A stretch of 64,000 bases of DNA, taken from positions 308,715-372,714 of the forward strand of contig WELB01000022.1 in NCBI GenBank assembly GCA_009602725.1, given 5' to 3'. The position numbers and the translations under genes were made by a program. The notes beneath the pieces are model-generated. The model did no database searches. It saw only the letters and a list, made by a program, of their open reading frames with translations, and was not told the origin of the DNA. Source of the DNA: Spirogloea muscicola. Its lineage: Eukaryota. Positions 12,042-24,667 of this stretch are shown here, piece by piece. Every line of letters starts with the position of its first letter. The first letter of the stretch is position 1.

Positions 12042-13984
12042 TTAGAAGGTCTCCGTGTACGGCCGGAGGTCAAGCTCTTGAGTCCAGGCGGATCTGTGCT
12101 GCTGATGCAACTGCCAATAGGCCTCAGCAACTGCGTCAGGGCTTAACAGCTTCTCCTCGTCAAAGTTGGCAAGGTATTCCTTGGCCCTGCAAGGGTCAGT
12201 GAGAATGCCGCAAGTGACAATGCCGCGAATGCTACCATGATCATAGGGCGCATGTACACAAGCGCGCAGTACAGGGTGTGGCTTGATGCAGGCCGCTTCA
12301 CACATGAGGCGTGCTCATCTCATCGTGCCAAAGGCCCACGCAATAAACCTCAGCAGCTAGTGTGCGAAAAGGTATTGAAGACAGCACGCTAGAAACAATC
12401 TTACCCACGAACGTGTACTTGTATCACGAGAGAACTCATAGAAAAAGGCCACCCACAACATAGAGAGTGGCAAGGTAGTGTGAATACCTTGGCGTATTCA
12501 TAGCGCCATCAATGATGACATGGCTGACGTGAATGCCCTGCGGCTGGTACTCTCTTGCCAGGCTTTGCGCCAGCCCCCTTAAGGCAAATTTGCCACAGGC
12601 TACAATAAGAAGCCAACAATCCTGTCAGTGAAGGATGACAGGGCTATTTCCAGCAATAAGACATTTTAGATCCAAATTGACAAATCAAACTGTCGGTCTT
12701 CAAGAAAAGCTTCAACATGTTGATCATGTAATTGCTTGGCGCGGAAGGCAGTACAAGTCCTCATACCGAGCTCGCTAAGGCCAGCCCCTCCTCGCAGCGA
12801 GCCTGTGGCACCTGTGAAGATGATGGTGCCCTTCTTAGCCGCCTCCATCACTGGCAATACCTGCTTGAGAGAGCAGCAAGATACTACTCTTTAAAAGTAG
12901 GCGGCTCATGTCATAATAGATAGATTGCACCTATACTTTATCACTATGAAGATGCTCAGCATCACCTCCAGCTGTGACAGCTTCGTACATGCAGCTGCCC
13001 CTATCCCACAGATCTACCATCGTGGCACAACAGTCAAGAAGTCTTGGAGCTGTATGGAGGAGCAATAAGGACACTAGCTGTGTAGGCAATAGCTGGCCCA
13101 CAAACAGCTGGCAGCAGGACATCAGAGCAGCTGAACTCACGTACCTCTTGCGCACAATAGAATGCACCCAAGCATAGTGCTTTGAGAGCACTCTCAAAGC
13201 GCTCTGGAGGAATGTCTGTGAACTTCGGTTTTGGCTGAGGGAATGGTGCATTTGCATTGTACACCTGCAAGGCTGTTGCACGTCAGACCTGAGCCCTCGC
13301 AAGCATGCCCTCACTTAGCCAACTAAAAGCAGAACAGGTGAGCTTGAAGACGTCCGTCCCGCACAAGAAGCCCACAGCTGGACATGTTGGCTGATCATTG
13401 ATCGTCCATTTACCTGAGTGGCTTCCAGGACTACAGACATGCAAAGGGTTGGTCGAAGAAAGCGCATGCTCGCGCTGTGGGAGCAGATGAGGTGGGTGCC
13501 CACCAGAACTTGGACAGAGCCCAGGCTGCGCACGGCTTCAAACGCCTGCTTCACAGCGGCCGGGTTGGTGGCGTCGATCTCAATGGCGTACGCTTGTCCC
13601 TGAACCTCGCTGATCACCTGCTCCGCCAGCTTCTGGAGCTTGTCTGGACAGAAGGCAAGGAGCCGAGGAGCGGATGAGAGTCCGAGCGAGCCACAATTGC
13701 AGCGCAACGGAGAGGAGAGATGAGGCTTCGGATTGTGGTCTAGCATTCAGAAGCATCGTTGAGGACGAGGCAGTGGTGGCGCCTTGCCTTGGCTGCGAGA
13801 GAGGAGCGCCACCTGGAAGCCGCCGCGCGCGAAGCGCTTTGCGACGGCGAAGCCCAGGCCAGGGCCGGCGCCGACCACGACCGCCACAGGCGGANATGCC
13901 GGGGACGTGCGCGGCCATGGCGCGGAGGCGCCCGGCGGCGGCGGCGGCGGTGCCGGGGGCGGCGCGGAGGGCGGGCAGCAGCAT
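12042..13984 (-). CDS. Short-chain dehydrogenase/reductase (classical SDR), possible organelle transit peptide
   Basis: VVVGAGPGLG..AKRFARGGFQVALLSR, VYNA, GTIIFTGATGSLRG, ACGKFALRGLAQSLAREYQPQGIHVSHVIIDG, YWQLHQQHRSAWTQELDLRP. Start at 13984 or 13918; an N at 13895 obscures the frame. Confidence 0.9.
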
Positions 13985-14014
13985 GCGGGGGTGAGGCGAG
14001 AGCGGGGTGGACCG

Positions 14015-15596
14015 GAGACGGGCTCGCCCATTGAGGATAGGGGCTGGAAAAAGCCAGCCCAATGAAAAGATGAACACAGGACGACAAGGGGCCAGGGGAA
14101 GCACTAGAAAGACAAGCACGACAAGAACTTCAGCAGCTACGAAGCACTCAGTAACCCCTGCTAAGCAGCCTCAGGTCAGAGAGACTGAAAAATGAGAGAG
14201 AGAGACTGAAAAGGGGTCTGCAGGCCAGCCCGGATGAGCTCTTGCAAGGGAAGAAGAAGCAGCTCTTCGAACGTCCGAGAGAAACAGCGCCTCCATTTTG
14301 ACTGGTGGCTGTGAGAGGCCAGCCCCAAGGATTGGACAAGGGCTGAAGGGGCCGGATGGCGCAAAAAGTACGATACTAGTCGCCAAGACGGCAGCAAGGG
14401 GCCTCTAGTCAGTTATTGCAAGCCAGAATAGCTAGCTGGCAATGTAAGGCAACGGCTGTGAGAGGCCAGCCCAGAGGAATATACAAGACGATGGCTGTGA
14501 GGAAGTAAGAGAGTAAGCTCATCGGAAAAAGAATCTCAAGGGGGCGAAGGCTGTGGAAGGCCAGCCCACACGAGAGTGAACAAGGTCCAAAGGAGCCTGA
14601 ATCTGTTCGAGGCCACTAAGGGTGCCTGCTTAGTCAGGGCTAGTCAGCAGCCGCAAGTGGGAGAAACGGCAGCAGGAGAGAAGAAACAAGGCGCTGGCCG
14701 TGACAAGGAAGTCAGACCCCGAAACTGGAGAAGTGGAGATGGATATGAGTTGACTGCTTTAAAGCCTGGCCTGAGGCGAAGGCCTAGGCCAAGGGGCCGG
14801 GGTACGAGAGCGAGAGTTCAGCTGAACGGTCCGGGAAAGTGCCCAGGAAGAACCAGCTCTTCCAAATTTACGGCAATGGCTGTCAGAGGCCAGCGCAGAG
14901 GAATGCCCAGGAGAAGAAGAAAGCGCGGCCAGATTGACTGGTGGCTGGGAGAGGCCAGCCCAAAGGAATGGACAAGGTCTGAAGGAGCCGGAGTGTCAAG
15001 CGCTAAGACAGCAGCAAGGAGACTCTCAGTAACTCTAGTCAGTAGATGCAAGTCGGAAAAAGGGAGAAGTGCGCGCCCACAGAGAAGAGGGGCCGGCAAA
15101 GCCAGCCCAAAAAAGAATGGACAATGTCCAAAGCCAAAGAAAGAGGAGCCGGGAAAAGGACTACACTACAAAACACTGCAGAACACAGAAAAGCAGTCGG
15201 CCGAGCAGCCAAACAGGGGGGCGCGTGGGGGCACGTGTTGCGAAGTGGGCCGCCGCCAGTGGCGAGTTGCCCACGTCAGCTGCGCGGCTGTCCACGTGTC
15301 GACGCCACGGCGAGCCCCGAAGTGGAGGGAGGGAGGGGGGAGGTTGCGGCAGGTCGGGGCTGACGAGCGCCCGGGGAGAAGGGAGAAATGCGCGCGGTGC
15401 GCATGAAATTGAAAGGAGGCGACAACTCGAGCCTCAGTTCGAGCCTTACAAGAGTCCTGGTAGTGAGTGAAGGCGCGCGGTGCGCATGAGAATGAAAGGG
15501 CTCGCCCGTTGAGGATTGCGGCTGGAAAAAGCCAGCCCAAAACAGGTTGAACAAAGGTCGAGAAGTGGCCAGGGGAAGCACTAAGAAAACTACTAA
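14015..15596 (-). mobile_element. Dense array of CRE 3' ends, mainly minus strand
   Basis: ORF termini LSDLRLLSRGY* (stop at 14148) and SDLHLLTR (about 15030-15056); multiple GGCTG-N7/8-CAGCC hairpins and GCGC tails. Confidence 0.8.
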
Positions 15597-16610
15597 GGTT
15601 TTCAGGACGGCGGTCCACCGGCTCTTGGGCCTCCTCCCTCCCTTCCTCGTGGGCGTCACTAAGTGCGAGTGTGGTGCCCGTCAACCCGACCCTGCGGCGC
15701 TGGCTGCGCATATGCTCCGTGGCGCGCACGAGGGCGAGCGGACCGGTTCCCTCGATCTCCTGCAAGATGGCATGCAGGGGGTGTTTATGGAGGCGGGCTT
15801 CAAGGTGGCTGTGGAGAACACCTCAATAATGCCCATCCAGCTGGGCGCGGACGGCCAGCCCCATACTCGACGCGCCGACCTGGTCGCCATCCCGCCCGGC
15901 GGCGGTCCCCGCATCATCGCCGATGTGTCCCCCTTAGCCAGCTCATTACCCAGTTGACAGGACATTTGTAGGCTAGAATTGGCCTCCCTTTCAGTTTCAT
16001 GCGCACCGCGCGCCTTCTCTCTCGATGTGGTGACGATTGACCTGCATCGACTCCGCCAATCCCACCAGATCGGCGTCGTTTGCAGGGCACGCGGTCGGCC
16101 AGGCGGCCCGGGGCAAGGAGCGACAATATGCCGATCACCCGTCTGGTGATGAGTTCGCGGCCCTGGCGATAGATGTACACGGGGCTTTCGGCAGCCGCTG
16201 GCTGGATCCTCTCCAGCGGCTTGCCCGTCAGGCCATTGACCGGCGGCTGGGTTTGCCAGGGGCGATGCCCGGATTCAACGCCGCCGGTGCGCTCGCCCAA
16301 GTCTTCCTTCTGGGCCTGGCGGTATTGTTTCAACGCTCCCTTGCCTACGCCGTCCACGCGCGAGCAGGCCGTGCTATGGCTGCCGCCTCTAGGTTTCGGC
16401 GGAGTGCCTCTTTCCCTGCAGCGATACTCCGACCTGATGTTGCTCACTCGCGTATACTGAGCTTCCCTCTGCATCGTCTTGCGCTTTGTAGTATTTTGAG
16501 GTGATGTCCTTTATCAGCACCTCTTTCTTTGGCTTTGGATATTGTCCATTCTTTTTGGGCTGGCTTTGCCAGCCCCTCTTCTCTATGCGCGAGCACTTTC
16601 TTCTTCTTTA
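15597..16610 (+). mobile_element. CRE retrotransposon 3' kilobase (knuckle + RLE + 3'UTR), interrupted by a 95-bp insert
   Basis: FRTAVHRLLGL..KCECG..AHMLR..VAVENTSIMP..RRADLV..RIIADV / AARGKERQY..LAIDVHGAFG..QRSLAYAVH; insert at 15928-16022. Confidence 0.88.
15928..16022 (+). mobile_element. 95-bp GCGC-hairpin-type 3' end with 7-bp TSD and (CT)n tail
   Basis: CGATGTG at 15921-15927 and 16023-16029; the empty site GCCGATGTGGTGAC is seen in the paralogous copy near 23400-23413. Confidence 0.88.
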
Positions 16611-16614
16611 GGCC

Positions 16615-18325
16615 CCTCCAGAAATACAAGCACAAAATAACTAAGCAGCTACGAAGCACTCAGTAACCCCTGCTAAGCAGCCTCAGGTCAGAGATACTGG
16701 GTTCCTGGAAGTGGAAGTGGAAGTGGAAGCCAGAGCCAGAGGCAGCAGCGAGGGCTCTTCTGGCACGCAGGTGCAGCGCGCGGGTCATAGACCTCTGCAG
16801 CGAGACGGCCAAGCGCATGCGTCACACCTACGCTAGCGACCCGGCTGCAAGGAAGTCCACCGGCTCCCCATGGAAGCGGCGGATGATGACGTGACGTGAG
16901 AGCTGGTTGAGCAGCTCGAGCCACCGAATAAAAGGGAGGCCAATCCGGGCCTCACAAAAGTCCTGGTAACGGGGCAATGAGCAGTGGGGAGAAGGAAGTG
17001 AGCTCCGAAGGGGGGGGGTGAGACTTTTCCAAGGAGCTCACTTGCAAGAGCTTTCCGGCCCCTTCGGACCTTTGTCAACTCTTTTCGGGCTGGCTGCTCA
17101 CAGACCTCGCCCACTTTGGGAGAGCCATTTGCTTTCTTCCCAAGGGGGCGAGGGCCGTGAAATCTCGCATATCGAAGATTTGAAGGGGCCGGATAGCGCT
17201 GGAACACATGTCTAAGCAAGAACCATGGACAATAATCACTCAGTAACCTCCGGTTAGCAGCCAAGAGTCAGAAAGGGAAAGTGTGGGTGTTAAGTGATGG
17301 AGGGCCTGTGTGGCCAAGTACAAAGTCAAGCACATTGACAGATGTACATAACCTGCTGCTAAGCTGACCCGCTCAGTAACCACGAGTTAGCACATACAGG
17401 TCGCTAACTGATGCCCGACTACCGGACGGCAATCGACAAGCTCTTGAGCCACCAGCTAAGGCTCGACCAGCTTTCTGATGCAACGCATGAGCCTGAGCTC
17501 GCTGCAGACATGCTGACGCTCGACGTCGCAAAAATGACAAGTAGGCTGCCGGCATGCCCATCTGTGCTGGAAGCATATCCTCTTATCGAGCATATCCCAG
17601 ACTAGCAATATTCTCAAGTAGGGTATGGAAGCGAGGACCCATGCAGCCGAAAGACAAGCCGCCGGAAAGCAGTCCCTTGACAAAAGCCAGAGGCTGCAGC
17701 TAGAGAACGGCCAGCACACAGGTGCAAGGCGTGGCCAATGGACTGCTGAGGAGGGATGTGGACAAGCGCATGCAAAGTACCTGCGCTATCGAGAGCAAAA
17801 GGAGAAACAGAACTTTCAATGTGCGGCAAAGGCTGCGAAATGCCAGCCGAAAGGAATGTACAAGGTCTGAAAGGGCCGGAAGGCGAGGGGGGTTAGGGAG
17901 GGAGGGGCAGCAAGATAGAGAGCGCGCGAGTGCGCGAACAGAGCGCGCGAGGGAAGCAGGAAGAATGGAGATTGCATTGAGTGATGGAGGGCTTGAGTGG
18001 CCAAGTATAAAGGCAAGCACACCGACAGATGCACATCACCTGCCGCGAAGCTGACCCGCTCAGGAACCACGAGTCAGCACGAAGAGGTCGGCAACTGATG
18101 CACGAAAACCGGGAGGGAGGGACATAGAGAGAGAGTAAGAGGGGGAGAGGAAGCAAGGGCGGCCAGATTAACTGGTGGCTGGGAGAGGCCAGCCCAAAGG
18201 AATGGACAAAGTCTGAAGGAGCCGGAGTGCTAAGGACTGAGACAGCAGCAAGCGGACTCTCAGTAACCTCCAGTCAGTAGATGCAAGTATGATCAGCTAG
18301 CAGGCGGGAAGACGTCGCGAGAGAG
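16615..18325. mobile_element. Array of CRE 3' ends of several subfamilies directly upstream of MTP6
   Basis: Minus-strand ORF termini near 16660, 17240, 17373 (SACLQRAQAHALHQKAGRAL..DLYVLTRGY*), 18060 and 18260; a plus-strand hairpin at 17087-17105. Confidence 0.82.
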
Positions 18326-18427
18326 GGGGGTGGACGATCAGCCACTGCGGCTGCGTGACTGCACTGCCTGGCAGAGAAAGGCGCGCGGGGCGCGCGCCTG
18401 GCAGAGGGGCAGGCCGCGCGAGCTGCC

Positions 18428-21138
18428 ATGCCCCGGGGCTGCTCGGCGTTGGCCAGCAGCCTGGCGGCGCTGGCCATCGGCAGCTCGCGCGCAGCGGCCC
18501 CCGCGCCCTCGGCCACCGCCGCCGCCGCCGCAGCTCAGCACCTCGGCGACGCGATCGAGCGTGGCCGCGGCTCGACTGCCCGGCCGACAGTCCACCGAGC
18601 GAGCAGCCCGCAATCGCTCGCGGAAACTTGCAGCTTCCGCTTCGCCAGCCCCATTCTCCGTCAGGATTTTGCTGGTAGTGCGTGGCCCCTGATCGGCAGG
18701 CGGTGGCACACTGGTGGATCCGGCGGCCACGACCATGCCGGCGGGTTGGAGGACCTCGACCTCAAGGCCGGCGTCGGCGTGAGGAAGCAGGACGCTGACG
18801 GCGCCGCGGACCGCATCACGCGCCTCGGCCTGCTGGCGGACGTGGCGCTCACCGCCGGCAAGGGCGCCGCGGGCTTCGTGTCCGGCAGCACCGCCATCAT
18901 CGCCGACGCCGCGCACTCGCTGTCGGACGTGGTGGGCTGCCACTGGCGTTGGTCGCCAGCGTGCCTCCGGCAGTGTTGGGTATGACTGCCAGTTGCTAAA
19001 CCCCAGGCCCCGTGCCTGGCCTGGCAGGTGCTGAGCGCCGTGACTCTGTGGTCGGTCCGCGTCGCCCGCCTGCCCAAGGACGACAAGCATCCTTATGGTC
19101 TGCTCCCGCCACTACATACCCAGAAGCTCACAATCACTTGCTTGGGTCCAAGTCTTGACCCTCACCTGGCCCTCGTCTGCCCCTCACAACTGACTGCAGC
19201 TCTCCTCTGGGTGTAGGCCATGGCAAGTTCGAGACTGTCGGGGCCCTGGCCGTCTCCGCCACGCTCCTTGCCACAGGTGGCGGCATCGCCTGGCATGCCG
19301 TCGAAGTGCTCCAGGTAACAGCTCTCTCGACCATCGACACTCAAGGCCACTAGCTCGATCGACCCCGTGCCACTACAGCACTTCTGTTTACTGCTCAGCG
19401 TTTAGAGATGCAAACAAATACAGCAACTTGACATACTTTGATCACATACCTGGTGTAGGCCCTGTACCCCCAAGTGGGCGAGATAGCTCTGGAGGTGCTG
19501 CACGTAGGACCAGAGCACGCTCATGGCAATGTCCACGGCCATGGGCACGGGCTCGATCAGGACCATATGGGCTTCGCGCTGGCGGCAGCCGTGGGGTCCA
19601 TAGGCGTCAAGGAAGGGTGACCACTGTAACCCAGGCCCTCAGCTCAGGAACAGCTGATGCTGAGTCTCTATTGCTGGGGTTTAATTATTGTGTAAGTAGC
19701 ATGCCATGCTCTGCCATGATGCCATGCACATTGTTTCCCTTTGCAGATTTCATAAGCTCACTCGAGAAGTAGCAGGATGTCATTTTGGCCAGGCTATACA
19801 GGGCAACACGGAGCGTTGGGCTGAAGCAAGGCAGCCAGCTACTCATGGCCAATGCCTGGCACCATCGCAGCGATGCCATCTCCTCGGTGGTTGCCTTGAT
19901 TGGCATAGGTGTGGGGTCTGGCAAAAACCTTCGCATGCTACTGGCAAATCTCTGGATGCAGGAACATCATTCAGGGATACCCCTCCTTTGACTGCTCTTG
20001 TGTTCGCTATGGCAGCCGGGACAATGGCAGGAGTTCCCGTTCTGGACCCTGTGGCCGCACTTCTGGTCTCTGGCATGATTGTCAAGGCTGCACTTGGCAT
20101 CGCGTCGCAGAGGTACTGCAATCTCCATGCATGGCAAGTCACAGTTGGCAAATTCGTACAGCTGGGCCTCTTAGCACTTTGATTGAGTCTACTGTTTGTC
20201 ATGTACTCTCTGGTATGAAGTTGGTCTCACGATTGGTGCACTGAAGCAATAGGCGCATATCTAGCATATGTTCTGTACAACCTGCTCATTGCAATCCCTT
20301 GTCTTCATTGCAAAGCTGGTCTTATATCGTCTTGAGAATGTCAGCATGTGATCCTGGTGCTCAGTGGCCCCTTAGACAGCAAGTTGTTGTGCTAAAACTG
20401 CCGTAATGGCCTACTACCATCAGTTTGCAGGAGCTTGTGGACGCTGGGTTGCCTGAGAAGCTGCTGAAACCTATCCGCATGGAAGTGCTCAAAGTTGACG
20501 GTGTTGAGGCATGTTCCTTGAGCTTTTGCAAGCTCTCCCAACCAAGAGTCAGGACTTCTGAGTCGTGGATCTTTTTCATGTCTATGTTAGGAAGTTGGGG
20601 CCTGGTCAAGGGCCCTCTCAAGCCTGCTCTTGCAAGTCAATACTAGAGGCCCAGCATTCCACTTATTCTCCGTATCTGCGCATGTGTTGTGCAGGGGTGC
20701 CACAACTTGCGTGGTCATAAGATGGGGCCCAGCATACACATTGACTCTCACATTGAGGTGCTGAAAGCAACACATACAGCACAGTACACTTGCCACAATG
20801 TCATCCCACAAGCAGCTGCATTTGCAGGGTCCTCTATATGGCTCAAGACCTCACATGCATGACGTCCTGGATGTTTCAGGTTGATCCGGACTTGACAGTT
20901 CGTGCTGCTCATGATATTGGTAAAGCCGTGGAGCAGAGGCTTAGAAGGACTTACCCTCTGATAGCGGAGGTCTTTGTGCACGTCGGTGGGTGCCTCGCTG
21001 TCTTTTGCTGCAAGCAAGCTCACCTTATGTTCGATACCCTGTGCGTGGCTTCAAGAAGGAGGTCCTCTGTTTATGTTTATGCTCGGAGGTCCCTAAGTCG
21101 TTGCTCCATTGTATTGTGCAGATCCAGCTCGCCGCTGA
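18428..21138 (+). CDS. MTP6: Cation diffusion facilitator, mitochondrial MTP6/MTPc1-type Fe/Mn/Zn transporter
   Basis: GSTAIIADAAHSLSDV, HPYGHGKFETVGAL, ANAWHHRSDAISS, LDPVAALLVSGMIVK, VDPDLTVRAAHDIG..EVFVHVDP; Ala/Arg/Ser-rich presequence and His-rich loops. Confidence 0.92.
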
Positions 21139-21544
21139 CATTGTGTGGGGCTGACTCACCAGTTGTGGTACTATTTATATGTAAGAGCAGTGCAACAGGC
21201 CATCTCGGCAAAGTATGTGCGTATGTGCTTCATGTGTTTGGGTTGGCAGTGGAGTGTTGAGCAACTCTAAGCACACCACCACTGCAGTGTGTATATGTTG
21301 GGCCAATAGCCATTGGTGCGCCAGCACTCCATACTGTGTGTTGCTCTTTGAGAAGTTGCACATGCTGCACCTGCCAAACAGTCTGGTTGAAGCTGCTTGG
21401 CAGCAAGCATGGTATCAAGGACGGCTCGTGGGAGCAGACTATATTGTGCATGCCGCTCATTTTGCTGGTCTGAATATCTTGATTTGCTGGTTTGAATATC
21501 TGGATTCGCTTAGTCTGCTGGCAACTCTCGGTAATGAAAATGGA

Positions 21545-21842
21545 GTGTGTACTGAGTGATGGAGGGCCTGAGTGGCCAAGTACAAGAGCAAGCACATTGA
21601 CAGATGTATAATACCTGCTGCTAAGCTGACCCGCTCAGTTACCGCGAGTCAGTACGTAGAGGTTGCTGACTGATGCCCAAATATCAGACTGCAATTGACA
21701 AGCCCTTGTGCCACCAGCCAAAGCTCGACCAGCTTTCTGGTGCAACGCATGAGCCTGAGCTCGCAGCAAACAGGCTGACACACAACGCCGCAGAAACGGC
21801 ACGTAGACTGCCGGCATGCCCATCTCAGCTGGAAGCATATAC
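21545..21842 (-). mobile_element. CRE 3' end, GGCC-hairpin subfamily
   Basis: LPAEMGMPAVY..SACLLRAQAHALHQKAGRAL..NLYVLTRGN*, followed by the same 3'UTR as 6093-6200. Confidence 0.85.
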
Positions 21843-22792
21843 AGAGATGGATAGAGAGGGCTTAAGATAGAATTAGAGGGATCGAGAGGGAGGATGTGCC
21901 CACTTTAAAGTGGGAAGTTTCCACCTCCGCCACAGGCATGGTCGTGATAGCTTGTCAGATGTCATGACCCTGTCAGCTGCTGCCCCAGATATTGGCAGAT
22001 CAAGGCGTCCATGTTGGCGGCAAAGAGGCCGCTGCCGAAGCACTTGCAGCCTCATCAATACCACCAACTTTGTCCACTTTTGACCAATAATAGTCACAAA
22101 TAGCTGGAGACCGCAGCTAACGATGAGATGCAGAGCCTGTTGGCAGGTCCAGAGCGCAACCTTGATTACTGGAGCTCTAGGCCGCATAGCACACTAAGCT
22201 GCACCCAGACGACAGTGCCAGCTCGGTAGCCATTGGACATTCACAGTAAATCTAAGCAAATTGGTGCAATATACAAGCCTCAACTGCATAAGTCCGAGGC
22301 ACACAGTGTGCCCCAATGGTGTGCAAGCTCCACGAGCAATGGCTTAGACACCGGCAAGTACATGCTGCATCCATGCGTTTCACATTCCGGGAGAATGGAA
22401 GCTCTGATAGCCCCCTCTTCGAGTCTGCGGCCGGGCAGCAGCACGGTGAGCAAGGAGGTCGAGGATCTGCAGCCACTGTTTGCCAAAGTGGCCATGGGTG
22501 ACATAGATGATTGTATTTTTCCGAAACCTGAGGCTAGGAAGTAAAGCGGTCCTTGACAGAAGACGGCGGCTGAGAGGCCAGCGTGAATACATGGGCGAAA
22601 GAGTGCACCAGAACAGCATTCGGCTCCACAGGGCAAGAGCGTCAAGCTTAGCGCTGAGCCTACACTTTGATATCCCTGGTTAGCAGCCTAGGCTCGGACA
22701 GACTGGCATCAGGCAACGAGTACCCCGTCATCAGCAGAAGGCAGTTAGATGAGCAAGGTGGAGCCTTGGCTCGCAGCAGGCAGGCAGGCCGA

Positions 22793-23682
22793 CAAGAAGA
22801 AAGTGCTCGCTCATAGAGAAGAGGAGCTGGCAAAGCCAGCCCCAAAAAAGAATGGACTGTGTCCAAAGCCAAAGAGGAGCCGGAAAAAGGACTACACTAC
22901 AAAACACAGAGGAGCCGGAAAAGGGACTACACTACAAAACACTGCAAAACGCATAGACGATGCAGAGGGAAGCTCAGTACCCACGAGTGAGCAACATCAG
23001 GTCTGAGTTGCTCGCTGCAGGGAAAGAGGCACTCCGCCGAGACCCAGAGGCGGCGGCCATAGCACGGCCTGCTCGCGTGTGGACGGCGTTGGGCAAGGGA
23101 GCGTTGAAGCGGTACCGCCTGGCGCATGCGGAAGACTTGGGCGAGCGAAGCGGCGGCGTTGAAGCCGGGCATCGCCCCTGGCAGATCCGGCCGCCGGTCA
23201 ATGGCCTGGCGGGCAAGCCGCTGAAGGAGATCCAGCCAGCGGCTGCCGAAAGCCCCGTGTGTACATCCATCGCCAGGGCCGCGAATTCATCACCAACGGG
23301 GTGATCCGCACATTTTCGCTCCTTGCCCCGGGCCGCCAGGCCGACCGCGTGCCCTGCAAACGACGCCGAGCTCGTGGGATTGGCGGAAGCAGTCAGTTGT
23401 CACCACATCGGCGACGATGCGGGGACCGCCGCCGGGCGGGATGGCGACCAGGTCGGCGCGTCGTGTGTGGGACTGGCCGTTCGCGCCCAGCTGGATGGCC
23501 AGTATTGAGGAGTTCTCCACAGCCACCTTGAAGCCAGCCTCCGTAAACACCCCCTGCATACCATCTCGCAGGAGATCGTGGGAAGCGGTCCGCTCGCCCC
23601 CGTGTGCGCAACGCAGCATATGCGCAGCCAGCTCCGCAGGTTCAGCGTGACGGCACCGCACCCGCACTGAGTGAACAACAAT
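22793..23682 (-). mobile_element. 5'-truncated CRE element (knuckle + RLE + 3'UTR) inserted into an older CRE ORF
   Basis: CGCG..AHMLRC..SHDLL..VAVEN..RRADLV..IVADVVTT..DLMLLTRGY*; TSD GG(C/T)AGGCCGA at 22783-22792 and 23683-23692; the flanks rejoin as VSAC..LLRAKA. Confidence 0.87.
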
Positions 23683-24667
23683 GGTAGGCCGAGACGAGAC
23701 GGGCAGCGGCGGCCGGAGCTCGACCAGCGCAGGGCGGGGGCTGGTGTGAACAGGGGCTGGGGCGGGAGAAGGTGGGCCCCCGTTCACACGCGCCAGCGCG
23801 CCGGGTCGCCGGTAGGCCCCGGGGCGGCGGGGCCCGCGGATCCCGGGGCAGGGGGGATTCGGGGGGCCAGGCGCCGCCCGATGCGGCGCATCGCGCGGTG
23901 GGCAGCGCGCGGNNNNNNNNNNNNNNNNNNNNNNNNNNNNNNNNNNNNNNNNNNNNNNNNNNNNNNNNNNNNNNNNNNNNNNNNNNNNNNNNNNNNNNNN
24001 NNNNNNNNNNNNNNNNNNNNNNNNNNNNNNNNNNNNNNNNNNNNNNNNNNNNNNNNNNNNNNNNNNNNNNNNNNNNNNNNNNNNNNNNNNNNNNNNNNNN
24101 NNNNNNNNNNNNNNNNNNNNNNNNNNNNNNNNNNNNNNNNNNNNNNNNNNNNNNNNNNNNNNNNNNNNNNNNNNNNNNNNNNNNNNNNNNNNNNNNNNNN
24201 NNNNNNNNNNNNNNNNNNNNNNNNNNNNNNNNNNNNNNNNNNNNNNNNNNNNNNNGCGCCGCCGGGCTGGCCTGCCGGCGCCGGCGGCACTGGCCGTCGG
24301 GGCCGCCCGTCCGCGCCGGCCGGACAGGCCGATAGAAGTAATCAGAAATAATTATGGGGAAAAAGCGACAAAATCATTGACGCTCGCTTCCAGGAGCGGA
24401 GGCCCGTGTGCGGCTTGCTCCTTCGCTCCGGTTGTTCGACTGACAAGTGCGGCCGCGCCTGGCTTGCGCCGGGGGCCGTGGAGGCCGCCGGGAGGGCCTC
24501 ACTCGCCAGCACGGCCGCGCCATGCCCGAAACCGGGCTCGCCCGCCAATGCTGACGGCGGCGGACGGTGCGGGGCGCTACGCCGGTCCCGGCCGGTCGGC
24601 CGGGCGTCCCGGAGACCCTCGCCGACGCCCATGCCACTGAAGCCTGCGAGCTCTGAATGGTGCTGGG

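Noticed and set aside
12042..13984. SDR as a recent bacterial gene transfer
   Set aside because: Multiple spliceosomal introns, and a family I recall in other eukaryotes; cannot be supported without a phylogeny.
15990..16029. GCGC hairpin as a Helitron 3' end
   Set aside because: No CTRR terminus, and a TSD plus pyrimidine tail indicate retrotransposition.
21870..22650. Coding-like ORFs between MTP6 and the next element
   Set aside because: No recognisable motif or consistent splice structure.
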